In this document: positions 29,701 through 41,436 of the stretch, piece by piece | How the letters are laid out: each line of letters opens with the position of its first letter | Position numbering within the stretch: position 1 is the first letter of the stretch | NCBI GenBank assembly: GCA_049325335.1 | Contig: JBMOMC010000044.1 | Span: 157,704-221,703 of the forward strand | Direction: 5' to 3' | DNA length: 64,000 bases | Source: Nitrospirota bacterium | GTDB lineage: Bacteria; Nitrospirota; Nitrospiria; 2-01-FULL-66-17 | Made by a program: the position numbers and the translations under genes | Notes under the pieces: generated by a model | What the model saw: only the letters and a program-made list of their open reading frames with translations | Database searches by the model: none | What the model was told of the DNA's origin: nothing

Positions 29701-30201
29701 GGCGCCGAAGGCCTGTTGCTCGTCAAGGGGGCGAATCGGATGTTAGGGTATCTCGGCGAGCCCAAGAAGACCGCCGATGTCCTGCACAACGGATGGTACG
29801 TGACCGGCGACATCGCGGCCATCGACGATGACGGTTTCATCCGGATCACGGATCGCCTCTCGCGATTCTCCAAGATCGGCGGCGAGATGGTCCCGCATCT
29901 CAAAGTCGAAGAAGCCGTCAACAACATCCTGGGTGATCACGCCTGCGTGGTGACCGCGGTGCCGGACGAACAGAAGGGTGAACGATTGATCGTCCTCTAC
30001 ACCCGTCGTGACATCCAACCGGACGCGCTGTGGACACAACTCTCCCGAACGGAATTACCCAAACTCTGGATTCCAAAACGGGGTAGTTTCTACGTGATCG
30101 AAAAACTTCCGGTGTTAGGGACGGGTAAGGTGGATCTGCGCACCGCGAGGTCGATGGCGCTGGCGTACGCCCGGCCTGAGGACAACCAGGACGAGGCGTA
30201 G
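26782..30201 (+). CDS. aas: LplT-like MFS / acyltransferase / acyl-ACP synthetase fusion (Aas-type)
   Basis: TQFLGAFNDN MFS start, NHVSHVD and IFAEG acyltransferase, FSSGSTGTPKG and EGYGCTE AMP-binding; GTG start with GGAG RBS. Confidence 0.92.
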   Translation: MTTGTYRTLLTSWGFQSFLWTQFLGAFNDNVYKIVVSMLAVGAAVGTGGSGDLSLVGAVFILPFLLFSGYAGHLADTLNKRRVLIATKVFEIAVMLLAVGALASGRIEWMLGVLFVTAIQATLFSPAKYGILPEMLPDRDLSRANGVLEMSTFMAIILGTSLGTFLFAAWRDQLSLIGLVLVAVAIAGTMTSLGIAKVHTPTRGKPIPRNPWSEIVDGLKTLYRDRTLWLTVVGISYFWFLGALFQMDLLLLGKDTMQLTDLHVGLLGTFLAVGIGLGSMAAGRLSGDKVELGLVPLGSIGMGVCSIWLGSSPHSYAQVSALLAALGFSSGLFIVPLNALLQQRSGAHEKGRLIATNNFLNTIGILLASGALWGCRDSLGISPQGIILLFGFVTLGATAYIVWILPDFLIRFSLWMLTHTIYRIRLVGQEHVPFRGPALLVCNHVSHVDALLVGACVQRFIRFMVYKPYYELPALHWLFCAMKAIPVSGRHHREVVDALDRARAELREGHVVCIFAEGAISRTGNLLPFKRGFEKIMEGIDVPVIPVHLDRLWGSVFSFKDGKFFWKWPLRVPYPVTVSFGQPMPATATAAEVRQAIQEMSSDVVEHRRDTNDLLHRRFIHVAKRRWFSFCMADSSGRRLTYGQTLVGSLLIARWLTAHRRDEPMIGLLLPSSIAGALANLAVSLAGRAPVNLNFTVGREALDSSIEQCGIRTIITSRIFLAKAKLEERPGMVFFEDLVKEVGSFQKLAWFLAAALLPSRTVAAFADRTEPDPRRLATVIFSSGSTGTPKGVMLSHHNVLSNIESLAQIFWVTGQDRVLGALPFFHSFGFTGTLWFPMLCGFGAVYHPNPLDAKALGELVATRRATILISTPSFYNAYLRKCTKEQFATIRYAMVGAEKLRESLAAAFRETYGIELLEGYGCTEMSPVVAVNVPNVDHRSEHQTGLKPGTVGHPIPGVAAKVVDPDTREPLPIGAEGLLLVKGANRMLGYLGEPKKTADVLHNGWYVTGDIAAIDDDGFIRITDRLSRFSKIGGEMVPHLKVEEAVNNILGDHACVVTAVPDEQKGERLIVLYTRRDIQPDALWTQLSRTELPKLWIPKRGSFYVIEKLPVLGTGKVDLRTARSMALAYARPEDNQDEA

Positions 30202-30214
30202 AACGGGCAAAAGC

Positions 30215-30264
30215 AAATCCCCCCTTGCCCCCCCATTTTTCAAAGGGGGGATGAGGGGGGATTT
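30215..30264. repeat. G/C-run palindrome between convergent genes (REP-like or terminator)
   Basis: aaatcccccct...aggggggattt outer inverted repeat around cccccc-atttttcaaa-gggggg. Confidence 0.55.
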
Positions 30265-30270
30265 TTCAAC

Positions 30271-31512
30271 TTACGCTGAGCGGCGTGACGCCACGCGCGG
30301 TCCGCGTGAATGAGAACGATTGTGCTGCGGCCTGCGATCCTCGCGATGTGGGTGCGGCGGACGCCCCGGTCTTGCGGCCGCATGGGTCTGCGAGGGCTCG
30401 AACCCTTCGATAACCCGGTGCTCGACCGGCTTGCGCGCGGACCGTTGCATGTCCTTCCAGCGGTCGCGGTCCACTTCCGATACCAACGAGATCGCGCAGC
30501 CGCCTGATCCCGCCCTCGCGGTGCGGCCGATCCGGTGCACGTAGTCCTCGTACGTGTTGGGCACGTCGAAATTCACCACGTGCGAGACCTCGGGCACGTC
30601 GATCCCGCGCGACGCGATGTCGGTCGCCACCAAGACCCGCGCCCGCCCGGTCTTAAAATCACTCAGCGCCCGCACCCGCGCGGTTTGGCTCTTGTTGCTG
30701 TGCAATGCGGAAGCCGCGTGGCCTGCCTTTGTGAGGTGCTCGGCCAAGTGATTCGCACCGTGTTTGGTGCGCGTGAACACGATGGTGCGCTGCATCGCGG
30801 CATCACCCAGCAAATGCACCAGCAGCGACTTCTTCCGGCTGTGATCCACGTGGTGCCCGATCTGCGTGACTTCTTCCACCGTGCTGGCGGGAGGCGCCAC
30901 GCTCACCGTGGTCGGGGTGACCAACAGCGCGTCCGCCAACGCCCGGATCGCGGGCGGCATGGTCGCGGAGAACATCATGGTCTGCCGCTGTTTCGGCAGC
31001 AACGCCACCAATCGTTTGATGTCGTTAATAAACCCCAGATCCAACATGCGGTCGGCTTCATCCAGCACCAGGATCTGCAACGCGTCGAACCGGATGGTCC
31101 TGCGCTGCACGTGATCCAGCAACCGCCCAGGCGTGGCGATGACGATATCCACCCCGCGCCGCAGCGCCTGTTCCTGCGAATCGTAGCCCACGCCGCCGAA
31201 AATCACGGTGGAGCGCAACGGCACAAACGCGCCCAACGCGCGCACGGATTCCCCAATCTGCAACGCCAGTTCGCGCGTCGGCGCCAACACCAATGCGCGC
31301 GGCGTGGCCCCCCGTGTTTTGCCCAAGCGTTGCAGCATGGGCAACGCGAACGCGGCGGTCTTACCCGTACCGGTCTGCGCGCACCCCAAGACGTCGCCGC
31401 CGGTCAACCCGGGTGGAATCGCCTGCTCTTGAATGGGGGTGGGAGTGGTGTACCCCGCGCGCTCCACGGCGCGCGTCAACTCGGGCTCAAGGCCCAACTT
31501 CGAAAACGACAT
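30271..31512 (-). CDS. rhlE: DEAD-box RNA helicase, RhlE-like
   Basis: Q motif PTPIQ, AQTGTGKT, PTRELA, DEAD, SAT, HRIGRTAR. Confidence 0.93.
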   Translation of the reverse strand: MSFSKLGLEPELTRAVERAGYTTPTPIQEQAIPPGLTGGDVLGCAQTGTGKTAAFALPMLQRLGKTRGATPRALVLAPTRELALQIGESVRALGAFVPLRSTVIFGGVGYDSQEQALRRGVDIVIATPGRLLDHVQRRTIRFDALQILVLDEADRMLDLGFINDIKRLVALLPKQRQTMMFSATMPPAIRALADALLVTPTTVSVAPPASTVEEVTQIGHHVDHSRKKSLLVHLLGDAAMQRTIVFTRTKHGANHLAEHLTKAGHAASALHSNKSQTARVRALSDFKTGRARVLVATDIASRGIDVPEVSHVVNFDVPNTYEDYVHRIGRTARAGSGGCAISLVSEVDRDRWKDMQRSARKPVEHRVIEGFEPSQTHAAARPGRPPHPHREDRRPQHNRSHSRGPRVASRRSA

Positions 31513-31725
31513 ACGTTTCCTTTCTGCGCGGAGCGTTCCTGCTCCGCCGTCTAGACCGGCGACATGCCCGGCGCGTAATACGCGCCGGAGAACCGAGACG
31601 GGCTTTGATGATTAGGACCGAGGCACAATCGATAGCGGGGGAACAACGACTCGTGCGGCGGGAGACAGCCAGCCTCATATTCACGGACTGCGGTTACTAT
31701 ACACGACTTGAGCCTGAAAGACCAG

Positions 31726-31755
31726 AAAAAAAAGGGGCGACCGGTGGTCGCCCCT
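31726..31755 (-). terminator. Rho-independent terminator after ahcY
   Basis: ggggcgacc-acc-ggtcgcccc followed by T8 on the minus strand. Confidence 0.8.
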
Positions 31756-31785
31756 CCTGACCGAACGCCACGAATCAGACAACGC

Positions 31786-34234
<2,449 letters not shown>

Positions 34235-34460
34235 GACGGCGATCCTCCCTTCCTTGCTTGCGAAACGCACCGCAGACGGCGCTTGCCCGCGCCGAGGCTG
34301 CGAGACGAATGTAGGTATTCTCGACGTTGCCCGCCCGGCAAAATCGGCTCATCATATGAAAAACTCGTGTCCTTCCGCAACAAAAAAATATCCGGGGTTC
34401 ATGACGCATCTCCCGCGTGTGGTTTGACAATCTTTTTCGCCTTCTGGCATCATCCCGCCC

Positions 34461-35291
34461 ATGCCGGTGGCCGCAACCGCGACCTTTCACGCCAGTACCC
34501 TGGTCCTGTATTTTGTCAGCGCGTTTCTGTATCTCTTCGACTTGAACCACCACGGACGCGCCCTCAAGTGGGCACGCGCGTTGGTGATCGCGGCCTTTAC
34601 GTTCAACACCCTCATCTTCGTCCTGGATTGGGTCCTCAAAGGCGGAATGCCGCCGATCGGCCTACGAGAAGGGTTTGCCCTGTTGGCCTGGGCCTTGGCG
34701 TTGCTGTTCATCCTCACGGAATGGGGGTACGGCATCAGCAGCCTCGGCGCGTTCGTGGTCCCGGTGATTTTCTTTTCCGCCGCGGCCGCGTCGATTTTTC
34801 ACCCCGGCGGCCGCGAGGTCGTGCGGGAACACTGGAACCTCTGGCTCAACCTTCACGTGGTGCTCGTGTTTCTCGGACACGGCGCGTTCGCGCTCGCCGC
34901 CACGCTGGGCGTGATGTATCTCGTTCAGGAAAAACACTTGAAAGAGAAACGGTTTACCACGTTGTTCTTTCGCCTGGGCGCGGTAGGCGAATTGGACAGC
35001 ATGTTGCACCGCACCATGGTCCTTGGATTCCCGCTGCTCACGCTCGGGATGTTGAGCGGCGCGGTCTATTCTCGAATGGCCCACGGCGCGTTCTGGGCCT
35101 GGAGCTCTAAAGAACTGTGGTCCCTGGTCGCATGGATCATCTACGCCGTGCTGCTCTATGGCCACCGGGCCTGGGGGTGGCACGGGCGCCGCGCCGCGTT
35201 TTTCGCCATCGCCGGATTCGTCGCGTACCTCCTGGCGTATCTGGGACTGAAGGTCGTGTCGTGGCTGGTCACGCGCGGCCAATACGTCTGA
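34461..35291 (+). CDS. ccsA: Cytochrome c assembly protein (CcsA/HemX-like)
   Basis: Multiple TM helices, WLNLHV, YLVQEKHLK, WAWSSKELWSLVAW tryptophan-rich motif. Confidence 0.85.
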   Translation: MPVAATATFHASTLVLYFVSAFLYLFDLNHHGRALKWARALVIAAFTFNTLIFVLDWVLKGGMPPIGLREGFALLAWALALLFILTEWGYGISSLGAFVVPVIFFSAAAASIFHPGGREVVREHWNLWLNLHVVLVFLGHGAFALAATLGVMYLVQEKHLKEKRFTTLFFRLGAVGELDSMLHRTMVLGFPLLTLGMLSGAVYSRMAHGAFWAWSSKELWSLVAWIIYAVLLYGHRAWGWHGRRAAFFAIAGFVAYLLAYLGLKVVSWLVTRGQYV

Positions 35292-35303
35292 CTCATCTCG
35301 TCC

Positions 35304-36263
35304 GTGACCAACCGCCAACCGCTGCTGTTGACGAGAGCGCTTCCGCCGCGCGCCATGGCGCTCCTACAATCGCGCGTGGACCTCACGTGCAATCCGCACG
35401 ACCGCGCGCTGACGCGCGACGAACTGCTTCGCATGATCAACGGGCAGCGCGGCGTCATCACCATGTTGACCGACCGCGTCGACGCAGAGCTCTTGGATGC
35501 CGCGCCGAACCTACGGGTTGTGGCCAACTACGCGGTCGGGTACAACAATATCGATGTGGCCGCCGCGCGCGCCCGCGGCATCACGGTCACGAACACGCCG
35601 GGCGTGCTGACCAACGCGACCGCGGATCTGACGTGGGCCTTGATCCTCGGCGTCACGCGGCGACTCGTCGAAGGCGACCGCCTGGTTCGCGCGGGGCGTT
35701 GGAACGGGTGGTCACCCACCCAACTTCTGGGCATGGACCTGGCGGACGCCGTGTTGGGCATCGTGGGAATGGGCCGGATCGGCCGCGCGGTCGCGTCACG
35801 AGCCCGCGCGTTCGGCATGCGCGTCATCTACGCCGCGCGTCGCCCCATGCCGGATGTGGATCCGAACTGGAACGCCGTCGCGTTGAACGACTTACTGGCC
35901 GCGGCCGACATCGTCTCGCTGCACGTGCCCTTGACCGACGTCACGCGGCATCTAATTGGCGCGGCGCAATTGGCCGCCATGAAACCCTCTGCCTATCTGA
36001 TCAACACGTCACGCGGCCCGGTCGTGGACGAGGCCGCGCTCGTCGAGGCCCTCAGGACGGGGCGAATCGCCGGCGCCGGACTCGATGTCTACGAACGCGA
36101 GCCTGAAATTCACTCCGACCTCTCCGCGTGTGAGAACACGCTGCTCTTGCCGCACCTGGGATCCGCGACCACCGCGACCCGTGAACGGATGGGGTCCATG
36201 GTGGTCGACAATGTGATCGCGGTGCTGGAAGGTCGGCGCCCGCCCAACCCGGTTGAGGCATAA
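35304..36263 (+). CDS. D-2-hydroxyacid dehydrogenase (glyoxylate/glycerate reductase-like)
   Basis: AVGYNNID, NTPGVLT, GMGRIG, INTSRG, GLDVYERE, PHLGSAT. Confidence 0.93.
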   Translation: MTNRQPLLLTRALPPRAMALLQSRVDLTCNPHDRALTRDELLRMINGQRGVITMLTDRVDAELLDAAPNLRVVANYAVGYNNIDVAAARARGITVTNTPGVLTNATADLTWALILGVTRRLVEGDRLVRAGRWNGWSPTQLLGMDLADAVLGIVGMGRIGRAVASRARAFGMRVIYAARRPMPDVDPNWNAVALNDLLAAADIVSLHVPLTDVTRHLIGAAQLAAMKPSAYLINTSRGPVVDEAALVEALRTGRIAGAGLDVYEREPEIHSDLSACENTLLLPHLGSATTATRERMGSMVVDNVIAVLEGRRPPNPVEA

Positions 36264-36295
36264 AAAAAGGGGCGCACCGAAGTGCGCCCCTTTTT
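36262..36295. terminator. Bidirectional rho-independent terminator
   Basis: A7-ggggcgcac-cgaa-gtgcgcccc-T5 between convergent genes. Confidence 0.85.
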
Positions 36296-36309
36296 CCCCC
36301 CAAAGAACC

Positions 36310-37644
36310 TTATCCCCGTAGGGTCTGAAGTTTTTTCAGACGATCCGGATACCGGAGCTTCCGGAGCGCCTGGCTTTCGATCTGGCGCACCCGTTCCCGG
36401 GTGATGCCCATGATCGACCCGATCTCTTCGAGCGTGGACTCCTTGGCCCCACCGATGCCGAACCGCATTTTGATCACCAGAGATTCTTTCGGCGTCAACG
36501 TGTCCAAAATGTCCGCCACGCGTTGCGAGACCTCGCTAGTCAGCAAACGGTCATACGGCGACGGCGAAACCTCGTCTCGGATCAAATCCTGAAGCTGCAG
36601 CTCCTCCCCGCCGACCGGATCTTGCAGCCCCAGCGGCTCCTGCACCACGCGAAGAATCTCATCGACCTTCTTCGCCGGAATCCCCGTGCGCCGGGCAATT
36701 TCCTTTGAATTCGGGACCCGTGACAACTCTTGCTTGAGTGTCTGATGCGCCGTGAGAATCTTATGAAACGCCTCGGTCAAGTGCACCGGGATGCGGATCG
36801 TGCGTGACTGATCGGCCAACGCCCGTGTAATGCCTTGGCGGATCCACCACGTGGCGTAGGTGCTGAACTTAAATCCCTTGGTGTACTCAAACCGCGTGAT
36901 CGCGCGCATGAGCCCCATGTTGCCTTCCTGGATCAAATCCAGCAACGCAAGCCCTCGCCCCATGTACCGCTTCGCGATGCTAATCACCAACTTAAGGTTC
37001 GCCTCGACCAATTCCCGGGTCGCCTCGGTGATGATCGACTCGCCCGCGGCGAGTTGCGCGTTCCAACGCACGACCGTCTTGAGATCAAGACCGTCGGTGC
37101 GGAAGCGACGCTCCCACCGCTCGCGGCCGGTTGAATCGTGACCCTCCGTAGCCGCGGCCAACTCCACCAGCGTGCGAATCAACGCCACCAACGGCCGTTG
37201 CTCATCCGGCACGGCCGCGGACAGGCGATTCGTCACGTTGGTGAGGCGCGCCTGATCCTCGTCCGAAAAAAACCGTTGGAGTCGATCCAGTCCGGTGCGA
37301 TCCTTGGGACGCACCGCGCGAATCACGTCGGCTAACATCCGCAGCCCGGATTCCAGGCGCTGAAAGAGCTTGGTCTCCGCCTCTTTGGTTAAGAGTTCCT
37401 TCTTGCCCATCGTGCGGAAGTAGACCCAAATCAAATCCTCGGTGGCTTCCTGCGCCGCTTCGGTTTCTCGCTCCGGCTCACGGGGTTCCGCCTCGGGCTC
37501 CGTGATCTCGACGGACACGCGGGCCAGATCTCGGGAGAGGTCATCTCCTTCGGCCTCGGTCCGCCCGATCTCATCGCTCTGAGCCCCGTTCGCACGACCT
37601 TCCTCGACTTCAATAATCTCTTCTTTGATCGTCGGCACTGCCAT
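36310..37644 (-). CDS. Sigma-70 family factor, RpoD-like (second paralog)
   Basis: [52 protein letters not shown]; divergent region 1.2 [10 protein letters not shown]. Confidence 0.9.
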   Translation of the reverse strand: MAVPTIKEEIIEVEEGRANGAQSDEIGRTEAEGDDLSRDLARVSVEITEPEAEPREPERETEAAQEATEDLIWVYFRTMGKKELLTKEAETKLFQRLESGLRMLADVIRAVRPKDRTGLDRLQRFFSDEDQARLTNVTNRLSAAVPDEQRPLVALIRTLVELAAATEGHDSTGRERWERRFRTDGLDLKTVVRWNAQLAAGESIITEATRELVEANLKLVISIAKRYMGRGLALLDLIQEGNMGLMRAITRFEYTKGFKFSTYATWWIRQGITRALADQSRTIRIPVHLTEAFHKILTAHQTLKQELSRVPNSKEIARRTGIPAKKVDEILRVVQEPLGLQDPVGGEELQLQDLIRDEVSPSPYDRLLTSEVSQRVADILDTLTPKESLVIKMRFGIGGAKESTLEEIGSIMGITRERVRQIESQALRKLRYPDRLKKLQTLRG

Positions 37645-37813
37645 TCTGCTCTCCTGTTGACGCCACATAGCACCACATTCGTTCGAATCTCCCTGATCCG
37701 AGCGTCCATGGTGCTAATTCCACATTACGATTGTTCGGGAGGTTGCAATTCTAGCAAACAGCGGAGGCCCGTGCAAGCATTTTATTTTTATATTGAAAAA
37801 TCAAACAGTTATA

Positions 37814-38440
37814 TCACTCAAACCGTTTCTTGATCTCCAAGATTTCTTGCTCCAGCGCTTCCAACCGCTCCGCGATCGGATCAGGAAGTTGCGTGTGGTT
37901 GAGCGATTTTTCCGGGGCATCGGCCTCGCCTCTGATCACCTTACCGGGAATGCCAACCACCGTGGAGTGGGCCGGCACGGATCGCAACACCACGGAATTC
38001 GCCCCAATTTTGACATGATCGCCGATGGTGATCGGACCCAACACCTTGGCGCCCGCCCCCACCACGACGTGATTTCCAAGCGTGGGGTGGCGTTTGCCCC
38101 GTTCTTTGCCGGTCCCGCCCAACGTCACGCCTTGAAACAAGATCACGCTCTCGCCGATCTCCGCGGTTTCGCCGACCACCACGCCCGTGCCGTGGTCGAT
38201 AAAAAATCCGGGGCCGATCCGCGCGGCCGGATGAATCTCCACACCGGTCAGGAACCGGCCGATCTGAGACAACAACCTCGGGATCATCGGCACCCCGGCG
38301 CAACGGAGCGCGTGTGACAGGCGGTGCAGCACGATGGCGTGAAACCCGGAATATGTGAGCAGCACTTCGAGCGCGCTGGTGGCCGCGGGGTCCCGTTCAA
38401 ACACCGCGGCAAAATCGCGTTTGAGGGTCGGCCAGATCAC
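37814..38440 (-). CDS. cysE: Serine O-acetyltransferase
   Basis: [41 protein letters not shown] start overlaps ispF stop. Confidence 0.96.
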   Translation of the reverse strand: MIWPTLKRDFAAVFERDPAATSALEVLLTYSGFHAIVLHRLSHALRCAGVPMIPRLLSQIGRFLTGVEIHPAARIGPGFFIDHGTGVVVGETAEIGESVILFQGVTLGGTGKERGKRHPTLGNHVVVGAGAKVLGPITIGDHVKIGANSVVLRSVPAHSTVVGIPGKVIRGEADAPEKSLNHTQLPDPIAERLEALEQEILEIKKRFE

Positions 38441-38925
38441 GGCGCGACGCCCACGACCCGCAGGAGACACACGGCCTGCGCCGCGATGCCTTCGCCCCGG
38501 CCCACGCTGCCCAGCCGTTCGTGCGTGGTGGCTTTCACGCTGACCGCGGACTCCGGAACGCGCAGCGCTGTTGCCAAGACTGCGCGCATTCGCGGAATGT
38601 ACGGCGCCAGCTTGGGCGCTTCCGCGATGACCACGGCATCCACGTTTCCGATCGACAAACCGTGCTCCCCGATCCGGTCCACCACCATCTCCAATAACCT
38701 GATGCTCGCAATATTGCGGTACGCTGGATCCGAATTCGGGAAATGTTGCCCGATATCGCCCAATGCCGACGCGCCGAGGACGGCATCCGCCACCGCGTGC
38801 ACTAGGGCGTCCGCGTCGGAATGGCCGTCGAGCCCCCGGTCAAACGGAATCGTCACCCCGCCCAACACCAACGGTCGACCCGGCACCAGGGCGTGGACGT
38901 CATACCCGATCCCGATTCGCATCAC
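38437..38925 (-). CDS. ispF: 2-C-methyl-D-erythritol 2,4-cyclodiphosphate synthase
   Basis: [25 protein letters not shown]. Confidence 0.96.
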   Translation of the reverse strand: MMRIGIGYDVHALVPGRPLVLGGVTIPFDRGLDGHSDADALVHAVADAVLGASALGDIGQHFPNSDPAYRNIASIRLLEMVVDRIGEHGLSIGNVDAVVIAEAPKLAPYIPRMRAVLATALRVPESAVSVKATTHERLGSVGRGEGIAAQAVCLLRVVGVAP

Positions 38926-39710
38926 GATGACCGCCGCACCGGCCGGCGTCGCTCCGCCTGACGCGCGGCGCGGGCCGTACGCATCGCCACGATCTCCTCC
39001 GCTCGCGTCAGATCCTCGGAGCGCGTGATCTTGAAGTTCTCAGGTTCGCCCGCCACCAAGGTCACGGGCCGACCCAGCCGTTCAACCAACGCGGCGTCGT
39101 CGGTTCCGGTGAACCCGTCGGCCCGCGCGCGCGCCACCGCTTCGCGCAACAGCTCGGCGCGAAAGGCCTGCGGCGTTTGCGCCGCCCATAGTCCCTCGCG
39201 GTCCACCGTCGCGGTCAGGTCGCCGATCCTGCGCTTCAAAGTATCCACAATTGGGATAGCCGCCACCGCGGCGCCGGATGCCCGCGCGGCGTCCACCACC
39301 CGGCGAATCAGATCATCCGACACCAACGGCCGCGCGGCGTCGTGGACCACCACGATCGAAGCATCCGCGCCCACCGCGTCAAGCCCGCGCGCCACCGACT
39401 CCTGCCGCGCCGCGCCGCCCGGCACGACGGCCAGAATTTTTTTCCATCCGTACGGGTCGATGGCGACGGCTCGGCACCGCGTTTCATCGCCGGGGGGCGC
39501 GACCACCACGACGGCGCGGATCACCGCCGACGATTCGAACGCCGCCAAGGTTCGCGCCAACATCGGCATCCCGGCCAGCGCGACGTATTGCTTGGGAGCG
39601 GCGCCGCCGAGGCGGACCCCGCTTCCCGCCGCGGGGATAATCGCCACCACGTTCACCCCGAGACCGCCCGCGTCCCGGAAGGACGGCGCCCGAGGAACCG
39701 TGTTGCTCAT
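38922..39710 (-). CDS. ispD: 2-C-methyl-D-erythritol 4-phosphate cytidylyltransferase
   Basis: [36 protein letters not shown]. Confidence 0.95.
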   Translation of the reverse strand: MSNTVPRAPSFRDAGGLGVNVVAIIPAAGSGVRLGGAAPKQYVALAGMPMLARTLAAFESSAVIRAVVVVAPPGDETRCRAVAIDPYGWKKILAVVPGGAARQESVARGLDAVGADASIVVVHDAARPLVSDDLIRRVVDAARASGAAVAAIPIVDTLKRRIGDLTATVDREGLWAAQTPQAFRAELLREAVARARADGFTGTDDAALVERLGRPVTLVAGEPENFKITRSEDLTRAEEIVAMRTARAARQAERRRPVRRSS

Positions 39711-39728
39711 GAGTGGCTCGACCCCGGG

Positions 39729-41225
39729 TTACGGCGTGAGCGTGAGAAACAACGCTTGGCCCTGCCGGTTCACGAGCAGCAAGATGGATTCGTCCTTCCC
39801 GATCTCTCGCGCCATGGCGGCAAACTCCCGGGCATGACGAACCACTTGCCGATTCACTTCCAGGATGAGATCTCCCCGTTGCACGCCGGCCTCTTCCGCC
39901 ACGCTGCCGGGCTCAACCCGCGTCACCACCACCCCTTCTTCGTCCTCGGATAAGCCAAACCGCTTGGCGAGTTCCGGGCTGAGGTCATGCACGCCGATCC
40001 CCGCCAACACACCCTCACCGCCGTCCTCCTCGGAGGGCTCGCCGCTCTTGCCCGCCAGATCTTTCGGCTGCTCACCGATCACCACGTCAACCGTCTTCTC
40101 CTTCTTATCGCGAATCACCGTGACGGTGGCCTTTGCGCCGACCGACAGCGCCGCGACCAGGTTGCGAAGCTGAGACGCGTTTTCCACCGGCTTGCGATCG
40201 ATTTCAACCACCACGTCTCCCCGTTTGATCCCGGCCTTATCCGCGGGACTGCCGTCCAAAATATCGCTCACCAGCGCGCCGCGCGCTTCTTTCAACCCGA
40301 ACTGTTTCGCCAACTCGGGGCTGACCTCTTGAATCGTGACTCCCAGCCACCCGCGGACCACCTTCCCCGTCCTCACCAGGCTGTCGATGACGGACTTGAC
40401 CATTTGACTCGGCACCGCAAAACCGATGCCCATGTATCCGCCGCTTCGCGTGAAAATCGCGGTGTTGATCCCGACCAATTCACCCCTCACGTTCACCAGC
40501 GCGCCGCCGGAATTGCCGGGATTGATCGCCGCGTCGGTCTGGATAAAGTCCTCGTAATCCGCAATCCCCACGTTGGCGCGCCCGACCGCGCTGACGATCC
40601 CCATCGTGATCGTTTGGTTCAGCCCGAACGGGTTGCCGACCGCCAACACATATTCGCCGACCTCCAGCGCCGTGGAATCCCCCCACGGAATGACCGGCAG
40701 GTCCGACGCGGGAACTTTGATGACCGCCAGATCGGTCTTGGGATCGGTGCCCACCAACGTGCCCTTGAACTCCCGTTTATCGGACATGACCACTTTGATT
40801 TCATCGGCTTTCGAAATCACGTGGTTGTTGGTGACGATGTACCCGCCGTCCACGATCACGCCCGACCCCAGGCTTTGCTCCTTGCGCGAGCGGGGCACGT
40901 CGAACTGCCGGTAGAACTCGTCTCCGAAAAATCGGCGGAAAAACGGGTCCTCGAAAAACGGATTGCCCCCCTGGCCCCGGCCGTGGCCCTCGTCGCTCTT
41001 GACCAGACGCGTGGTCGAAATATTAACCACGGCGGGTTTGACCGCTTTGGACACCTCCACGAAATTCGGCAGTCCGGCGACCAACGCCGGGCGCGCCGCG
41101 GGCTTGGCGTCGTGTTGCGCCTCTCCCAACGGGAGCCAGCCTAAGTCGGACGCCAACGTGAACCCGATCACCACTCCGATCGCGACGAAAATCACCGCCA
41201 ATGCCGTAGTGCGTACTTGTTTCAT
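39729..41225 (-). CDS. degP: DegP/DegQ (HtrA) serine endoprotease with two PDZ domains
   Basis: LGSGVI, TNNHV, DLAVIK, IQTDAAINPGNSGG, two PDZ domains. Confidence 0.95.
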   Translation of the reverse strand: MKQVRTTALAVIFVAIGVVIGFTLASDLGWLPLGEAQHDAKPAARPALVAGLPNFVEVSKAVKPAVVNISTTRLVKSDEGHGRGQGGNPFFEDPFFRRFFGDEFYRQFDVPRSRKEQSLGSGVIVDGGYIVTNNHVISKADEIKVVMSDKREFKGTLVGTDPKTDLAVIKVPASDLPVIPWGDSTALEVGEYVLAVGNPFGLNQTITMGIVSAVGRANVGIADYEDFIQTDAAINPGNSGGALVNVRGELVGINTAIFTRSGGYMGIGFAVPSQMVKSVIDSLVRTGKVVRGWLGVTIQEVSPELAKQFGLKEARGALVSDILDGSPADKAGIKRGDVVVEIDRKPVENASQLRNLVAALSVGAKATVTVIRDKKEKTVDVVIGEQPKDLAGKSGEPSEEDGGEGVLAGIGVHDLSPELAKRFGLSEDEEGVVVTRVEPGSVAEEAGVQRGDLILEVNRQVVRHAREFAAMAREIGKDESILLLVNRQGQALFLTLTP

Positions 41226-41436
41226 AGTCCCCCCGTCTTTCATCAGCGTCCCCCGCCCACCTCCGCCGCCTGGGCGATGTATCCCGCGCGGCGATCGGAT
41301 TATACGCCTCGATTTTTCGTTATGGCAAGTTGCCACCACACGGCGCTTCCCCCAGGCACGCTCCGCGGGAGCGCGCCTTGACCTTTCCCCGAGCATGGGC
41401 TAAGGTACGCGTCGTTCGCGAGCCATCCATCGCCCC

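Noticed and set aside
34235..34440. SAM riboswitch upstream of metK
   Set aside because: No SAM-I or SAM-II consensus elements could be placed by eye; an Rfam scan would be needed
37680..37813. AT-rich patch as foreign DNA
   Set aside because: Short, intergenic and upstream of the sigma factor gene; better explained as a promoter region
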